Below, one piece after another: positions 46,240-58,170 of a stretch of DNA of 64,000 bases (its first letter is position 1; each line of letters opens with the position of its first letter). The stretch lies in NCBI GenBank assembly GCA_963786955.1, contig CAWBAT010000006.1, positions 992,001 to 1,056,000 on the forward strand, written 5' to 3'. The position numbers were made by a program, and so were the translations under genes. The stretch is from an uncultured Acidimicrobiia bacterium. GTDB taxonomy: Bacteria; Acidobacteriota; Terriglobia; Versatilivoradales; Versatilivoraceae. The notes beneath the pieces are model-generated. The model worked only from the letters and a program-made list of their open reading frames with translations. It had not been told where the DNA came from and did not search any database.

Positions 46240-47801
46240 TCACTTGGCTTTCGGCGAGGCTCTCGACTTCCAGGTCTGCTTGAATTCGTCGGCGGCCGCC
46301 TTCAACTCGGCCTTCAACGCGTCGCTGAGCGCCTTTTCCTTCCCGATCTTGGCGAGCAACTCGGCCTTTGCGCGTGGTGAAATATTCCGTCAGCTTGTTC
46401 TGGAACTCCTTGACCCGCTCGACAGGCACTTGATCCACGTAACCGTTTTGCGCGGCCCAGATCACGACCACCTGGATCTCCACCGGAATCGGGTTGTACT
46501 GCGCCTGCTTGAAAATCTCCATGATGCGCTTGCCGCGGTCGATCTGCGCCTGCGTCTTGGCGTCGAGGTCCGAGCCGAACTGCGCGAACGCCGCCAGTTC
46601 CCGGAACTGGGCCAGCTCGCCCTTGAGCTGTCCGGCCACTTGCTTCATGGCCTTGAGCTTGCGCCGCCGAGCCGACGCGCGAGACCGAAATGCCGACGTT
46701 GATCGCCGGCCGCACGCCTTGATAGAACAAATCGGTTTCCAGAAAGATCTGTCCGTCGGTGATCGAGATGACGTTGGTCGGGATGTAGGCCGAAACGTCG
46801 CCGGCCTGCGTTTCGATGATGGGCAGCGCCGTGAGCGAGCCGTTGCCATACTTCTCGCCGACCCGCGCCGCGCGTTCGAGCAGCCGGCTGTGCAGGTAAA
46901 ACACATCGCCGGGAAACGCCTCGCGACCCGAAGGCCGCTTCAACAGGAGCGACACCTGCCGGTAGGCCACCGCCTGCTTGGACAGGTCGTCGTAAACAAT
47001 CAACGCGTCCATGCCGTTATCCATGAACCACTCGCCCATCGCCGCGCCGGCAAACGGCACGAGATACTGGTTGGCGGCGGAATCCGAGGCCGGGGAGGCC
47101 ACGACGATCGTGTACGGCATCGCGCCGGCTTCTTCGAGAACCGCAGATGACCCGCGCGATGGTGGACTGCTTCTGGCCGATCGCGACGTAGATGCAGTAG
47201 AGCGGCCGGTAGTCCTTGTCGCCGGCCGCTTCGGCGGCTTTGTTGAGCCGGGCCTGGCTGATGATCGTGTCGATGCAGATCGTTGTCTTGCCGGTCGCGC
47301 GGTCGCCGATGATCAATTCGCGTTGGCCGCGGCCAATCGGAATCATCGCATCAATCGGCATGATGCCGGTCTGCACCGGCTGGCTGACCGAGCGGCGGCG
47401 GATGATGCCGGGCGCGATTTTTTCCACCGGATAGCGTCGTGTCGCTCTTGATCGGCCCTTTGCCATCGATCGGGTTCGCCCAGCACGTTCACGACGCGGC
47501 CCAGCAGGCCCTTGCCCACGGGCACTTGCAAAAGTTTGCCGGTGGTGCGGGCTTCGCCGCCTTCTTTGAGTTGCGTGTAATCGCCGAGGACGACGACGCC
47601 GACTTCGGTCTCGTCGAGATTCAATGCCAGGCCGGTGATGCCGTTGCCGAGGTCGATCATCTCGTTGAGCATGGCGTCGGTCAGGCCTTCGATCTTGGCG
47701 ACGCCGTCGCCAATCTCGCGGATGACGCCCACGTTTTGCTTCGCGGCCGTCGTCTTCGCGCCCGCGATTTGCGCTTCAATTTCTTGCAGTAGGTCAGCCA
47801 T
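46240..47801 (-). CDS. atpA: F1Fo ATP synthase alpha subunit (at least 4 frameshifts)
   Basis: [43 protein letters not shown] and AQFGSDLD motifs. Confidence 0.93.
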
Positions 47802-47898
47802 CTCTCGTTACCCTCAATTGTTCGCGTTATCCACCCCCTGTGATCCCCTCTTTTCCAAGTGGGACTTGAGGTGGTATTCCTTCCCTTTGCGCTCTGAT

Positions 47899-48292
47899 TC
47901 AAAAGCCTTTCTCCAGCGCCGCCAGCCTGGCCTGCACGCTGCCGTCATACACATCGCATCCCACCTGAATCCGCATCCCGCCAATCAACTCCGGGCGCTG
48001 GGTGAACGCGGTGGTCAACCCCGGCCCGTACCGGTGCGTCAACCCGGCTTGGACGCATCGCCTGCAAATCGGCTGGCAACGGGGTGGCGCTCTCGATGGT
48101 GGCCGTGTGCTGGGCGCGGTCGAGTTTCACCAGCCGCAGAAAATGCGCGAGGATGGCCGGGCCGTGCCGATCACCGGTCGCGAGGACGCGTTGCACGACT
48201 CGCCGGACACGGTTCTCGTCGAGCAGGCCGTTCACCAGACAAAGGCGGAACAGTTGCTTGGCTTCGCGTTTCGCTTGTTTGGTGATCTTCAT
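47899..48292 (-). CDS. atpH: F1Fo ATP synthase delta subunit, short type (frameshifted)
   Basis: MKITKQAKREAKQLF..ESATPL|PALIGGMRIQVGCDVYDGSVQARL; located between atpF and atpA. Confidence 0.82.
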
Positions 48293-48294
48293 CG

Positions 48295-48840
48295 TTACGC
48301 CGTGATCTGTTTGGCGGTTTCCTCGGCCAGGCGCCGCTGGTCTTCCGCGGTCAGAATCTTGCCGGTGACCGTGGTGGTGGCCTGCACCACCAGCTTGCCG
48401 ACCTCGCGTTTGAGTTCGGCGAGCATGCGGTCGTGGTCCTGCGCGGCGGCTTCGCGCGCCTTGGCCATGATCTGTTCGGCGGCGGCGATGGCCTTCTTGG
48501 TTTCCTGCTGCTGCACGCGGGCCGCCGCAGCCCGGGCTTCCTCGATGAATTTGGTCGCCTGAGCGTGGGCCTGCGCCATCACTTCCTGGCGCTGGGCTTC
48601 GGTTTTGTCCAACTCCGCTTTGATTTTCTCGGCGTTGGCGATGCCTTGCGCGATTTGTTCGCGCCGCTGTTCCAGCATCGCGAGGATGGGCCGGTAGGCG
48701 AACTTGTAGAGGACGGCGCACACGATGCAGAAGCTGATGATCTGGGCAACCAGATGCGGCCAGTCCACGCCGAAGGTCCGGGCGATCTGCTCGACCTGCC
48801 CGCCACTGTCTGCTTCAGCCAGCAAGACCAGAGCATTCAT
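48295..48840 (-). CDS. atpF: F1Fo ATP synthase b subunit
   Basis: Intact 181 aa; single TM, then PILAMLEQRREQI coiled coil. Confidence 0.92.
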   Translation of the reverse strand: MNALVLLAEADSGGQVEQIARTFGVDWPHLVAQIISFCIVCAVLYKFAYRPILAMLEQRREQIAQGIANAEKIKAELDKTEAQRQEVMAQAHAQATKFIEEARAAAARVQQQETKKAIAAAEQIMAKAREAAAQDHDRMLAELKREVGKLVVQATTTVTGKILTAEDQRRLAEETAKQITA

Positions 48841-48901
48841 AATTGCACACTCGTAGAGTTGGGGCGACCGCCAGCGTTGGCTCTGCGCCCCACGGTTTAT
48901 C

Positions 48902-49108
48902 CTATTTCACCAGGAACAGGGCGTAGAACACGATCGCTTCAGCGAAGGCAATGGCCAGAATCGACTGGACCATAATCTTCGTGGACGCGCCGGGATTCCG
49001 TCCCACCGCGGTCTGAAGCTCCCATGCCGATCAAGCCCACGCCGATGGCCGCGCCCAGCGCCGCCAGACCAACGTGGATGTTTCCGCTCAACTCCATCCA
49101 AGGGTCAT
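48902..49108 (-). CDS. atpE: F1Fo ATP synthase c subunit (frameshifted)
   Basis: IHVGLAALGAAIGVGLIGM|AVGRNPGASTKIMVQSILAIAFAEAIVFYALFLVK. Confidence 0.85.
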
Positions 49109-49177
49109 CTCTACCTTTCTTTGCTTTCTCGCCGGCTCCCGCGATTGAACACGGTCAAGCCGCCGAAAGTTCATCAT

Positions 49178-50167
49178 TCAATTGTGTTCCGCCGCCGGTG
49201 CTGCTTCCTCGTGCTGACACATCAGCAGCGTGAAGACAGCGCACAACAACATGAACACCAGCGCCTGCACCAAGCCCACCAGCAGCTCCATGAAATAAAA
49301 CGGAATCGGCAACAACCAGCCGAGGCCCGGGCACCATCCGGGACATGGTTTCCAGCATGGTCTCCCCGGCAAAGATGTTGCCGTAGAGTCGAAAACTCAG
49401 GGAGACCGGCCGAAACAGAATCGAGACGATTTCCAGGCAGCCGGCCGCGAAGAACACGACGATCATCAGCACTTTCATAACCCCGGCCGTCTCGCCCTTG
49501 GGCGCGAACAGCTCTTTGAGAAATCCGACCGGGCCGACTTCCCGCAAGCGCCCAGACGATCCAGCAGGCGAAGAAAGACGAGGCCATGGCGAACGTCAGG
49601 TTCAGATCGGCATTCGCCCCGCGAAACAGCGGTTGATCGATCACGAAACCGTGCGAGGTCTGATGTCCCCACCCGATCGTGCCGACCCCGGGAATCAGGC
49701 CGAACCAATTTGCCGCTCAGAATGAAAATGAAAATGGTGGCAAAGAACCAGAACGTCCGCTTGACCAGATGCGGGCCGATGATGCTTTCCAGAAAGCCGT
49801 AAAGACCCTCGACGAGCCATTCCAGGAGGTTCTGCGCCCCGCCGGGAACATGCTTCATGTCCCGCGTCGCAACTCTGGCGAAGAGGATCAAGCCGATCGC
49901 CACAATCCAACTGACCACCATCGAATTGGTGATCGGTAGATTGAAGACGTGAGCGACTTCCTCAGCTTTTTGCGAAAGGTGGTGTTCCTCCTCTTCAGCT
50001 GTTGCCAAAGGCGCGCCGCCCTGTTCAGTGATGAGCTTGCCGGCCGCAGCATTGGCGGTCTTCGCTGAGGCGACCTGCGATTCGGCCGCGTACATCAAGC
50101 CGGCGCTCAGACACATGAAGATGGCGGCAAAAATAAGCAGGGCTAATTTAGTTTTGGGGGCGAGCAT
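49178..50167 (-). CDS. atpB: F1Fo ATP synthase a subunit (at least 3 frameshifts)
   Basis: ITNSM, QNLLEWLVE, NADLNLT, RPVSLSFRLYGNIFAG and ELLVGLVQALVF motifs. Confidence 0.9.
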
Positions 50168-50469
50168 AATCTCTGCACATTGTGCCACCGGTGCCTCGCA
50201 TTGAAAAGGTCAACAAGCCAAATGGTTCTGTATATACCATCGCTTGTCAACAATAATTCCCCTTGGGTAAACCCACCGCTCAACCGAGGGACTCCGGAAG
50301 TTTGGCAACTCCGGGGGGAAGAAAGCAAGTCTCTCAACCGTGAACCGCACAAAGTTACACGGATCGGCAGAGAATTGCAGCTTGTCATGGCCGCTACGGA
50401 AAAGAAACGGCAAATATAGGTAGGTTCCCCATGCGGAAAGCGCGCTAACGGAACGCTTGAAAACTTTCT

Positions 50470-51090
50470 CTATTCCAAAAGCCTGACGCGTCCAGTCGCG
50501 ATTTCGTAGATGGCGCCCACAAGTTTCACTTGCCCGCTTGGCAGGCGTTCACGGGCCTCAGGGGTCTCCCGGAGTTGCCGAAGTGTCCAGCGAACATTGG
50601 CTTCAACGGCCTGGGCCAGGCATACTTCCGGCGAAAGGTGCGGCTCAAAGTTCGGCATGCCCGGCATAATACTGTCCACCAGGATTTGAATGCGGGAGCG
50701 ATGTTGGACACCTCGGAATTTCGTTTCCAAAGCCGCACTGACCGCGCCACATCTCTCATGCCCCAAAACCACGAAAAGCGGCGTGCACAGGTGGGCTCCT
50801 GCATATTGAAGGCTTCCCATAACTTCCGCGGAGGCAGTGTTGCCGGCGACGCGCACAACAAAAAGTCCGCCGAAGCCAGCGTCGAATATCAACTCCGGAG
50901 GAACTCGTGAGTCACTGCAGCCAAGAATCGTTGCATACGGCTTCTGTCCCTTGGCAAGGTGAATAAGAATATCCTTCTGAAACCTAGGAAAGCGCGTCTC
51001 TCCTCTCAGGAATCGTTCGTTCCCGTCGATGAGGCGCTGCAACGCCTCATCCGCAGAAATACCAGGACCATGGGGTTCAGTGTCAACCAT
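50470..51090 (-). CDS. beta-class carbonic anhydrase, cytoplasmic
   Basis: CSDSRVPPE and HERCG motifs; no signal peptide. Confidence 0.92.
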   Translation of the reverse strand: MVDTEPHGPGISADEALQRLIDGNERFLRGETRFPRFQKDILIHLAKGQKPYATILGCSDSRVPPELIFDAGFGGLFVVRVAGNTASAEVMGSLQYAGAHLCTPLFVVLGHERCGAVSAALETKFRGVQHRSRIQILVDSIMPGMPNFEPHLSPEVCLAQAVEANVRWTLRQLRETPEARERLPSGQVKLVGAIYEIATGRVRLLE

Positions 51091-51114
51091 GAGTGTTGAG
51101 TCTCCTCCTTCTCT

Positions 51115-51414
51115 CTTAGTACTTATATTCGTAATTTCTGTGACGTATCTGATGTTAGGCGCCGCGTGGGGTTGAGGCTTTGAGAAAGCCTCAACGGCCT
51201 ACAAAGTTGTAGGCCGGGGTGGAGCGGGCGCGTTCCCTGAAGTTTGGACATTTGTGCAGGCTAGAGGCCCGCACCACAACCTTGTGGTGCAGGCGTCCTC
51301 GCCTGCCCCCAAGCGGCCTGTAAGGCCGCCACTGCGGGCGGGACGCCCGCGTTCCCAAGCCAATCCCTTCTACTCTTCCAAGTCTGATTCAACCTTATAA
51401 AACGCAGTACTTAG
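51115..51414. mobile_element. 300 bp composite MITE-like element containing several REP types
   Basis: cttagtact...agtacttag ends; left arm resembles 55134-55220 (attcgtaatt, ttaggcgccgcgtgggg, ggcctacaaagttgtaggcc). Confidence 0.65.
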
Positions 51415-51432
51415 TAGACCACATGCCATGTC

Positions 51433-52953
51433 CTACAGCCCGGTACTATGCGGACTACGAAGGTCTATGGCGATCCCACGAGCAGCAGTCCTATCGGGAA
51501 ACCTCTCTGTGGGAATAGCCAATCCGCTTGCATCTCGATGGGCAAGCACGCTCGGAGTCATGATCTCAACACCAGCGGCATTGAAGGCATCCAGCACATT
51601 TCGCCTGAGCTCTGAGCTGGTTCTTATCAGCCGATCCGGCCGGTCCAACAGCTTTGTCCATGCAAAGAGTTCGTAGTTCACGGCATAGTTCCCGAGATCG
51701 GTTTTAAGTACGAAAGGTACTGGATTCTCCAGAATGTTCTCAGTCCGCTTCGCGGCATCGACCATCAGGGCCTCAACCACGCGCCAATCCACGTCATAAC
51801 CGATGCCAGCTGTCACAGTCAGCGCCAGACCTTCAGAAGCCGCCAAGGCAGTGAAATTGACCACAGTGCTCGACAGAACATTGCCATTGGGGATGGTGAC
51901 TTCTTCATTCTTCACGGTGCGGAGTTTGGTGGTGAGTGTCGCCTTTTCAAGTATCATTCCAACGTTATCCCCAATTTTGACCATATCCCCTACGTGAAAG
52001 GCGCGGGTGTAGGTCAAGACCAACCCTGAAACGATATTGCCGATTGCGCCTGACGAGCCGAAAGTTACGAGTGCGCCCACAAATACTGAGAATCCCCTGA
52101 AGAACTCCGAGTTGGCACCCGGAAGGTAGGGGAGGCTCACCATCAACACGAAGAGGAACAGAATGGTGCGGCACAGTCTGTATGTGGGTTCTGCCCACTC
52201 TGGGAGGAATCCGCCAATGGTTAGAGAGCCGTCCGCCAGGGAGTGAAAGAAGTACTTAAGGAGTTTGTGCAGCAGCCACCCCAACCCTGCGATCACGGCT
52301 AAGTAACCGAGGTTGGGGAGATAGTTGAAAATTGCCTGACCAATGTCCCTGGCAGGTTTCCCCAGGTAGCCCTCCATAGCCTCAACGACCTCGTTGGTGC
52401 GCGGAAAGTGTCGCATGACCAACGGAATAAACACCAAAACTAGGAATATGAGCGAAGCCACCCGAAAGGCGTGGTTCAACGAGGAAAAACCCTTCCGCAT
52501 GTGCCTGCGAAGGCTCGTCGGTGGAGATTCGGCTTGTCGATGAGCCCATCTATCCAATCTTCCCTCGATGGTCCAAAACACAACTCCGATCACCTGAATC
52601 ATTAGGATCAGAATCAAAGTGGATAGAAGCGTGTAGTACAAACCGGCCAAAACAGCTTCAGGATAGCCTGGCTCGAGAATTGGCACCACGGCTTCCAGTG
52701 ACTTGCCTACAGCATGCAATGTGGCTTCCACCGGGGAACGAATCAGGAACAAGATCAGGATGGCCAGCAGATTGATGCTAACCAACCAGTACCTCTTGCG
52801 GCCAAGCTGAAGGCTTTTCACACCGGTGAACAAACCGATGGCCCGGCGAATGATGAAGAACAGCACGGTGAGCAATACTATGGCCACCAGGGTACGTATC
52901 AGCAAAGACGCCGAGGTGGAGACGCTGCTCGAAATGCTAATAGACTGAGTCAT
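51433..52953 (-). CDS. mscS: MscS family mechanosensitive channel with extra N-terminal TMs
   Basis: 506 aa; NIVSGLVLTYTRAFHVGDMVKIG, VTIPN and GIGYDVDW motifs. Confidence 0.88.
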   Translation of the reverse strand: MTQSISISSSVSTSASLLIRTLVAIVLLTVLFFIIRRAIGLFTGVKSLQLGRKRYWLVSINLLAILILFLIRSPVEATLHAVGKSLEAVVPILEPGYPEAVLAGLYYTLLSTLILILMIQVIGVVFWTIEGRLDRWAHRQAESPPTSLRRHMRKGFSSLNHAFRVASLIFLVLVFIPLVMRHFPRTNEVVEAMEGYLGKPARDIGQAIFNYLPNLGYLAVIAGLGWLLHKLLKYFFHSLADGSLTIGGFLPEWAEPTYRLCRTILFLFVLMVSLPYLPGANSEFFRGFSVFVGALVTFGSSGAIGNIVSGLVLTYTRAFHVGDMVKIGDNVGMILEKATLTTKLRTVKNEEVTIPNGNVLSSTVVNFTALAASEGLALTVTAGIGYDVDWRVVEALMVDAAKRTENILENPVPFVLKTDLGNYAVNYELFAWTKLLDRPDRLIRTSSELRRNVLDAFNAAGVEIMTPSVLAHRDASGLAIPTERFPDRTAARGIAIDLRSPHSTGL

Positions 52954-53242
52954 GGATTCATTTCCTCCTGTTGCAGGCCTTTACACTAAGAATGATCTCT
53001 GGATGACCGGATGAAATATTATTTGTTTGAACGGATGAGGCCGCCGTTTGTGTTAGGACTAAATTGATCAGGAGGCATGGAAAGTAAGCCCCCACTGGCG
53101 TTCTACCCAAAAAGATTTCCTGCCGTCAAATGTCGAAGGACTTTTTGGAGAGTAACCAACGGACTCTGTCTACCAAATAATCACAGGAGTCTACCCAATT
53201 GTTTTCGATTTATTTTCGAGCAGGCAGAAAACATACACGAGG

Positions 53243-53354
53243 CTAATACTAAGTTGCATAAGTTCGTGCTGTAGCCGGCCTCGGCGAGGCCAGCCGCCGG
53301 GGTCACCGTCCCCGGCTACAACAATTACCGCGAATTTGTGCAACTTAGCACTAG
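53243..53354. mobile_element. MITE-like element enclosing a REP doublet
   Basis: cta.tactaagttgcataagttcg / cgaatttgtgcaacttagcactag inverted ends around gtagccggcc..ccccggctac. Confidence 0.72.
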
Positions 53355-53382
53355 CTTTTTAAGTCCAATTCTGCGGTCGGGA

Positions 53383-55077
53383 TCATCTACCGTCAGGCGG
53401 CGCCTTTATCGCCCGGAAACGCTCGACAGCGATCTCCAGATTAAAAAGCATCCGTTCACGGCCCAGCGTATTGGCCAGAGTCGAGCGTTGAACCATCTGT
53501 AAGACCTCCGGGTTAAGTCCTGCCAGCCAGAGGAGGATGCCGCGTTGGCGCACTCTCTCTTCTCCCTCGATCAACATCTTGAGGGCCGAGTATTCAAGAT
53601 CAAAGACACGACTGAAGTCGAGCACGACGACCTGCGGCTTGGCTTGGTCGAGCAACAGTAACAGCTTTTCTCCGATGTGCTGCGCATTCACGAAGAAGAT
53701 CCGGCCTTCCATCCGGATCATCAGCAGGCCGGGAAAGGTCTCGTCTTCAGGGTGTACCTTGGTTAAGGCACGAAAAACATTGGTGCCCGGTTTCCGTCCC
53801 AGGGCATAAACCAGCGGGTTTGCGGCCTGATAAAAGAGAGCGAATAGAGACACGATGATGGCAATCACGATGCCCTGCAAGGTTCCCAGGAGCACCACCC
53901 CGGCACAGGCGATCACCGCCCAGACGAACTCCATGCGACGAATTTGCAGGATGGCGCGGAACTCGGCAGGTTTGATCAGACCCATCGAGTAAATAATGAC
54001 GACTGCAGCCAACGTGGCCTCCGGCATCAATCCCATCAGCGGCGCCAGGACGAGCATGGTCGCCACAGAGATCCCGCAGGTAACCAAAGCCGCCAGTTGA
54101 GTGCGGGCACCGGCATTACAATTCACTGCTGTCTGGGAAGTCCCTCCCCCCGCAGGCATCCCGCCGAATAAACCGCCGCCAACATTCGCCAATCCCGTCG
54201 CCAATAACTCTTGATTCGGTTTGGGACGCGGATCGGTGCTCCGGGCAAAGGCACGTCCGGCTGCGATGGTTTCCGTGAAACTCATCAGTGCGATACCCAG
54301 GGCGCCGGGCCAGAGTTGTTCTACCAACCCGAGATTGGGCATCGTAAAGGCCGGCAATCCTCGAGGAATATGGCCGACGATGGCCACGCCGTGGGCGGCA
54401 AGGCCGAAGCCTCCGGACGCGGCTATCCCAACTGCGACGGCAACCAGCGGCGCTGGAGCCTTGGGCAGAAATCGTTCCACTCCAAGCAGAATTGCCAACA
54501 TGACAACCCCGACGAGAAGTGTCAGCAGAGATGTTTGTGGAAGGTGGCCGATGATCGCGAAAAGGTTATGGACGAAGCGGCCCTTGTCGAAATGGATACC
54601 CAACAACTTGGGCACTTGGTCCAGGATGATGACAAGACCTACCCCCGCTTTGAAGCCGGTCAGCACCGGTTCTGAGATGAAATTGGCCACAAAGCCCAGC
54701 CTGAGGAGGGAGGCCAACAACAGTATGACCCCCACCAATACAGCCAGTGTCGCGGTGGCGCTCAACAGCTCAGCCGGATTGCCATTGGGCACCACCAGGC
54801 CGAGTTCGGCTCCGGTCAGGATGCCAAGGGTCGTGGTAGTACTCACACTAAGAGATCGCGAACTACCCAAGATCGCGTATACCAAAACGGGCACAAAGGC
54901 TGTGTACAGCCCTACCTCAACGGGCAACCCGGCGACAGTGGCGTATGCCATGGCCTTGGGAATGATCACAGCAGCAGTGACCAACCCGGCGATGAGGTCG
55001 AACTGGAGCCAATCGGCCTGGTAGCCAGCAAGCCACTCGCTTATCGGTATCAGTGACGACAGTTTTCCCATCCTCAT
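53383..55077 (-). CDS. SulP family anion transporter with STAS domain (paralog 2)
   Basis: IPKAMAYA, GSSRSLSV, NQEL, GGGTSQTAVN and STAS (IFFVNA, VVLD) motifs. Confidence 0.9.
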   Translation of the reverse strand: MRMGKLSSLIPISEWLAGYQADWLQFDLIAGLVTAAVIIPKAMAYATVAGLPVEVGLYTAFVPVLVYAILGSSRSLSVSTTTTLGILTGAELGLVVPNGNPAELLSATATLAVLVGVILLLASLLRLGFVANFISEPVLTGFKAGVGLVIILDQVPKLLGIHFDKGRFVHNLFAIIGHLPQTSLLTLLVGVVMLAILLGVERFLPKAPAPLVAVAVGIAASGGFGLAAHGVAIVGHIPRGLPAFTMPNLGLVEQLWPGALGIALMSFTETIAAGRAFARSTDPRPKPNQELLATGLANVGGGLFGGMPAGGGTSQTAVNCNAGARTQLAALVTCGISVATMLVLAPLMGLMPEATLAAVVIIYSMGLIKPAEFRAILQIRRMEFVWAVIACAGVVLLGTLQGIVIAIIVSLFALFYQAANPLVYALGRKPGTNVFRALTKVHPEDETFPGLLMIRMEGRIFFVNAQHIGEKLLLLLDQAKPQVVVLDFSRVFDLEYSALKMLIEGEERVRQRGILLWLAGLNPEVLQMVQRSTLANTLGRERMLFNLEIAVERFRAIKAPPDGR

Positions 55078-55133
55078 AACCCTGTCTCCTTATGTCATAG
55101 CACACGGTATCGCAAAGGACGATCTGCGCGTTC

Positions 55134-55268
55134 CTTAGAACTGCTATTCGTAATTACGGCGACGTTTCTGAGGTTAGGCGCCGCGTGGGGTCACGCGGCC
55201 TACAAAGTTGTAGGCCGGGTCACCGACCCGGCGTTAACGTGACCGCATTTATGAACCATGATTCTTAG
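55134..55268. mobile_element. 135 bp MITE-like element (inverted copy of 18436-18570)
   Basis: Same length and internal REP palindromes; cttag at both ends. Confidence 0.8.
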
Positions 55269-55271
55269 GCC

Positions 55272-56120
55272 TCAGTATTTTTCCTGGATCCAGCGACGGT
55301 TCTTCATTGGCGTTTCGTCATCGTAGCTATGCTCCTTGGAACGCTTGGGCAGCTTGACCTTTGGCTGAGGAACCGGCTCATAGGGGAAGAGGCTTAGGAA
55401 ATGGGACAGGCAATTGAGACGCGCGCGCTCCTTATCGTCGGAGCGGATGATGTTCCAGGGTGCCCATTCCGTGTCCGTGGCTTCCAGCATCATGTCCCGG
55501 GCCTTGGAATACTCATACCATCGCTCCCGAGATGGTAAATCCATAGCCGAGAGCTTCCATTGGCGGAGCGGATCCTCCATTCTCGCCTCAAAACGCTGTT
55601 TCTGCTCATCGTTATTGACTTCCAGCCAGTATTTGACCAGCTTGATGCCACCCGCAACAATGTAACTTTCAAATGTGGGACAGTTTTTCAGGAAAATACT
55701 GTGCTGTTCCTTTGAGCAGAAACCCATGACGTATTCCACCCCGGCCCGGTTATACCAGCTGCGATCGAAAATGACGACCTCGCCGGCCGCTGGAAAATGG
55801 GCTAGATACCGCTGCATGTAAATCTGTGTTTTCTCCCGATCCGTAGGCGCCGGAAGGGCCACCAGCCGGAATACCCGAGGGCTCACCCTCTCGGTGAGGG
55901 CCCGAATCGTTCCCCCCTTTCCAGCCGCATCGCGCCCCTCAAACACCACAATGACCCTCTGTCCGGTATGTTTCACCCAGTCCTGTAAGACACAAAGCTC
56001 CCTTTGAAGTTTGCGTAGTTCACGCATGTACTCCTTCCCTTTTAGCTTTGGCGTTTGCTCCCCAGTTTTTTCGTCGACAGCACTTTCTTCCTGCTCATTA
56101 TTCGTGTCATGCTTGGACAT
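55272..56120 (-). CDS. ppk2: polyphosphate kinase 2 (class I-like)
   Basis: FEGRDAAGKGG, FDRSWYNRAGVE and QWKLS motifs. Confidence 0.93.
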   Translation of the reverse strand: MSKHDTNNEQEESAVDEKTGEQTPKLKGKEYMRELRKLQRELCVLQDWVKHTGQRVIVVFEGRDAAGKGGTIRALTERVSPRVFRLVALPAPTDREKTQIYMQRYLAHFPAAGEVVIFDRSWYNRAGVEYVMGFCSKEQHSIFLKNCPTFESYIVAGGIKLVKYWLEVNNDEQKQRFEARMEDPLRQWKLSAMDLPSRERWYEYSKARDMMLEATDTEWAPWNIIRSDDKERARLNCLSHFLSLFPYEPVPQPKVKLPKRSKEHSYDDETPMKNRRWIQEKY

Positions 56121-56863
56121 GGACTCCTCCTGAAAGATTCGTAATTGTAAACTAAAGGCTCATGATCACTTTTTCCTGCCGGGTAATTATCAGATTCCGT
56201 TTAAGCAGAAGGCCTTTAGCATGCAACCCGCCCCCAAGTAGATCAGGCCCGGTTCATAGTCCAGATGATACTACCGGCTTTCCATGTCGATCAGCAATGA
56301 GCAATGAATGATCCTGGTACTAACAAGGAACAGACCACACACCCTTAAGGCTTCCTTCCAGCAGTTGCTATACCTGAATGTCGCATACAATGGAGGAAAT
56401 CTGCAACGATCAATCTTAGTGGATAATCTACCGGCGCTGGGCAGCGGAATGGCCAGACCCTCCGCCTAGATCAAGACGGTTAGAAGGGCGTTCTCAAAAT
56501 CCCGGCCACCTGAACGACCGTTGCGGGATGGCCCTGATACTGTTCCTTCTGCCTTCCCCTTCCCTTCTTTGGCGAAATCTGTCCTAGCTGACAGTTGCGG
56601 AGACATCATTATTTCTGGTACATTCCGGCCAACGCAAATCGCACACCGAAGGTGCCGGAACCGACCTCCGTGTCGGGCTTGGGCCAATGAGATGAGAGCG
56701 GGGCGTAGTGATCGCAGCATGCAGTTTGGCGTATTTTGGGGATTTCGGAAGTGATACTTGCTGGAAGTACCGTTCATCTCCTGGGGATTGTTGCGATCCT
56801 CGACCACACCTGGAACGACAATCAATTGGGTACACGATTTAACTTTCCACAAACGATCGGAGG

Positions 56864-57913
56864 ATGAAGATGAACAGATCAAAGAGTGTTTCCCGGCGTG
56901 GGACATGGCTCGTCTGCCTGTCACTTGTTACCCTGATGGTAGCTGTACCCTTTGTGCAGGCACAGACGCCGGCACAAATCGAGTCTGCTCTGAACGCAGC
57001 ATACGCGAAGTACAAGGAACTTCAGGAAGGGAAGAATGCCGACTATATCCCCGCGCTTGCCAAGGTGGATCCTAAGCTGTTTGGGATTGCTATCGTGACG
57101 GCTGACGGGAAAGTGTATACCGTCGGGGATATCACGACGGAGGTCTCGATACAGTCCATTTCGAAGGTGTTTACGATGGCCCAGGTTATCCAGGAACAGG
57201 GCCCTGAGGCCATTGCGCAGAACATCGGAGTGGATGCCACCGGACTCCGGTTCAATTCGATCGTTAGCGTCGAGATCGCGAAGAAGCTCGGGGGAGGACC
57301 GGAGATGAATCCTCTGGTCAATCCGGGGGCAATTACGGCGACAAGTATGGTCAAGGGTGCCAATGCGGAGGAAGTCTGGGCGAAGGTCATCGGGATCGAG
57401 AATGACTGCGCCGGCAGGTCCTTGAGCGTGCTACAGGATATCTACAAGTCTGAATCCGCAACGAACCAGCGAAATCAGGCTATTGGGATGTTGATGTATG
57501 CCTACGAGTACATCAAAGCGAATCCCGCGCAGGCGGTGGACCTCTATACCCGCCAGTGCTCGATCGGCGTCAACGCGAAGGACCTCGCGATGATGGCGGG
57601 AACGCTCGCCTTTGGTGGGAAGAACCCGGTGACGAGGAAACAGGTCATCGATACCCAAAAGGTTCCGTATATCCTCGCTGTCATGGCGACGGCGGGGCTG
57701 TACGATGATAGCGGCAAGTGGCTATATCGGACCGGCCTCCCCGCGAAGAGCGGCGTCGGAGGCGGTATCATTGCCGTCTCACCGGGCAAGTTCGGGATTG
57801 CTGTGGTTTCTCCGCCCCTCGACGAAGCAGGGAACAGTGTCAGGGCGCAGAAGGCGATCACTGACATCTCGAACGCCCTCGGCGGCAATCCATACGCATC
57901 GACAAGGAAGTAA
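56864..57913 (+). CDS. glsA: glutaminase A with N-terminal signal peptide
   Basis: ADYIPAL, IQSISK (SxxK), NPLVNPGAI, YTRQCS and PAKSGVGGG motifs; leader ending VQA. Confidence 0.92.
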   Translation: MKMNRSKSVSRRGTWLVCLSLVTLMVAVPFVQAQTPAQIESALNAAYAKYKELQEGKNADYIPALAKVDPKLFGIAIVTADGKVYTVGDITTEVSIQSISKVFTMAQVIQEQGPEAIAQNIGVDATGLRFNSIVSVEIAKKLGGGPEMNPLVNPGAITATSMVKGANAEEVWAKVIGIENDCAGRSLSVLQDIYKSESATNQRNQAIGMLMYAYEYIKANPAQAVDLYTRQCSIGVNAKDLAMMAGTLAFGGKNPVTRKQVIDTQKVPYILAVMATAGLYDDSGKWLYRTGLPAKSGVGGGIIAVSPGKFGIAVVSPPLDEAGNSVRAQKAITDISNALGGNPYASTRK

Positions 57914-58170
57914 CTGACAAAGCTAGGCTCATTGCGCAAAGAGGCGGTGTCTGGATCGCTGATCAGCCAGCGGTAATTTCTATCCATTGTGTTGTTCCTG
58001 ACCGACTCGAAACGAGCTACCGAGCGCTAAAATAGCTTGCGTTAAATCCACCAGCTATTGGGTAATGCACGCGGCAAATCCCCACCTGCTCGAACAGACA
58101 TCTGGTCAGATCGTAAGTTAGGTCTTGAAGTTTCACCCCACTGAGGGGAAAAGGGTCAGCTGCTTCAGGA

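Noticed and set aside
56864-56960. Tat signal in glutaminase (SRRGTW)
   Set aside because: Only a partial match to SRRxFLK; Sec and Tat cannot be distinguished by eye
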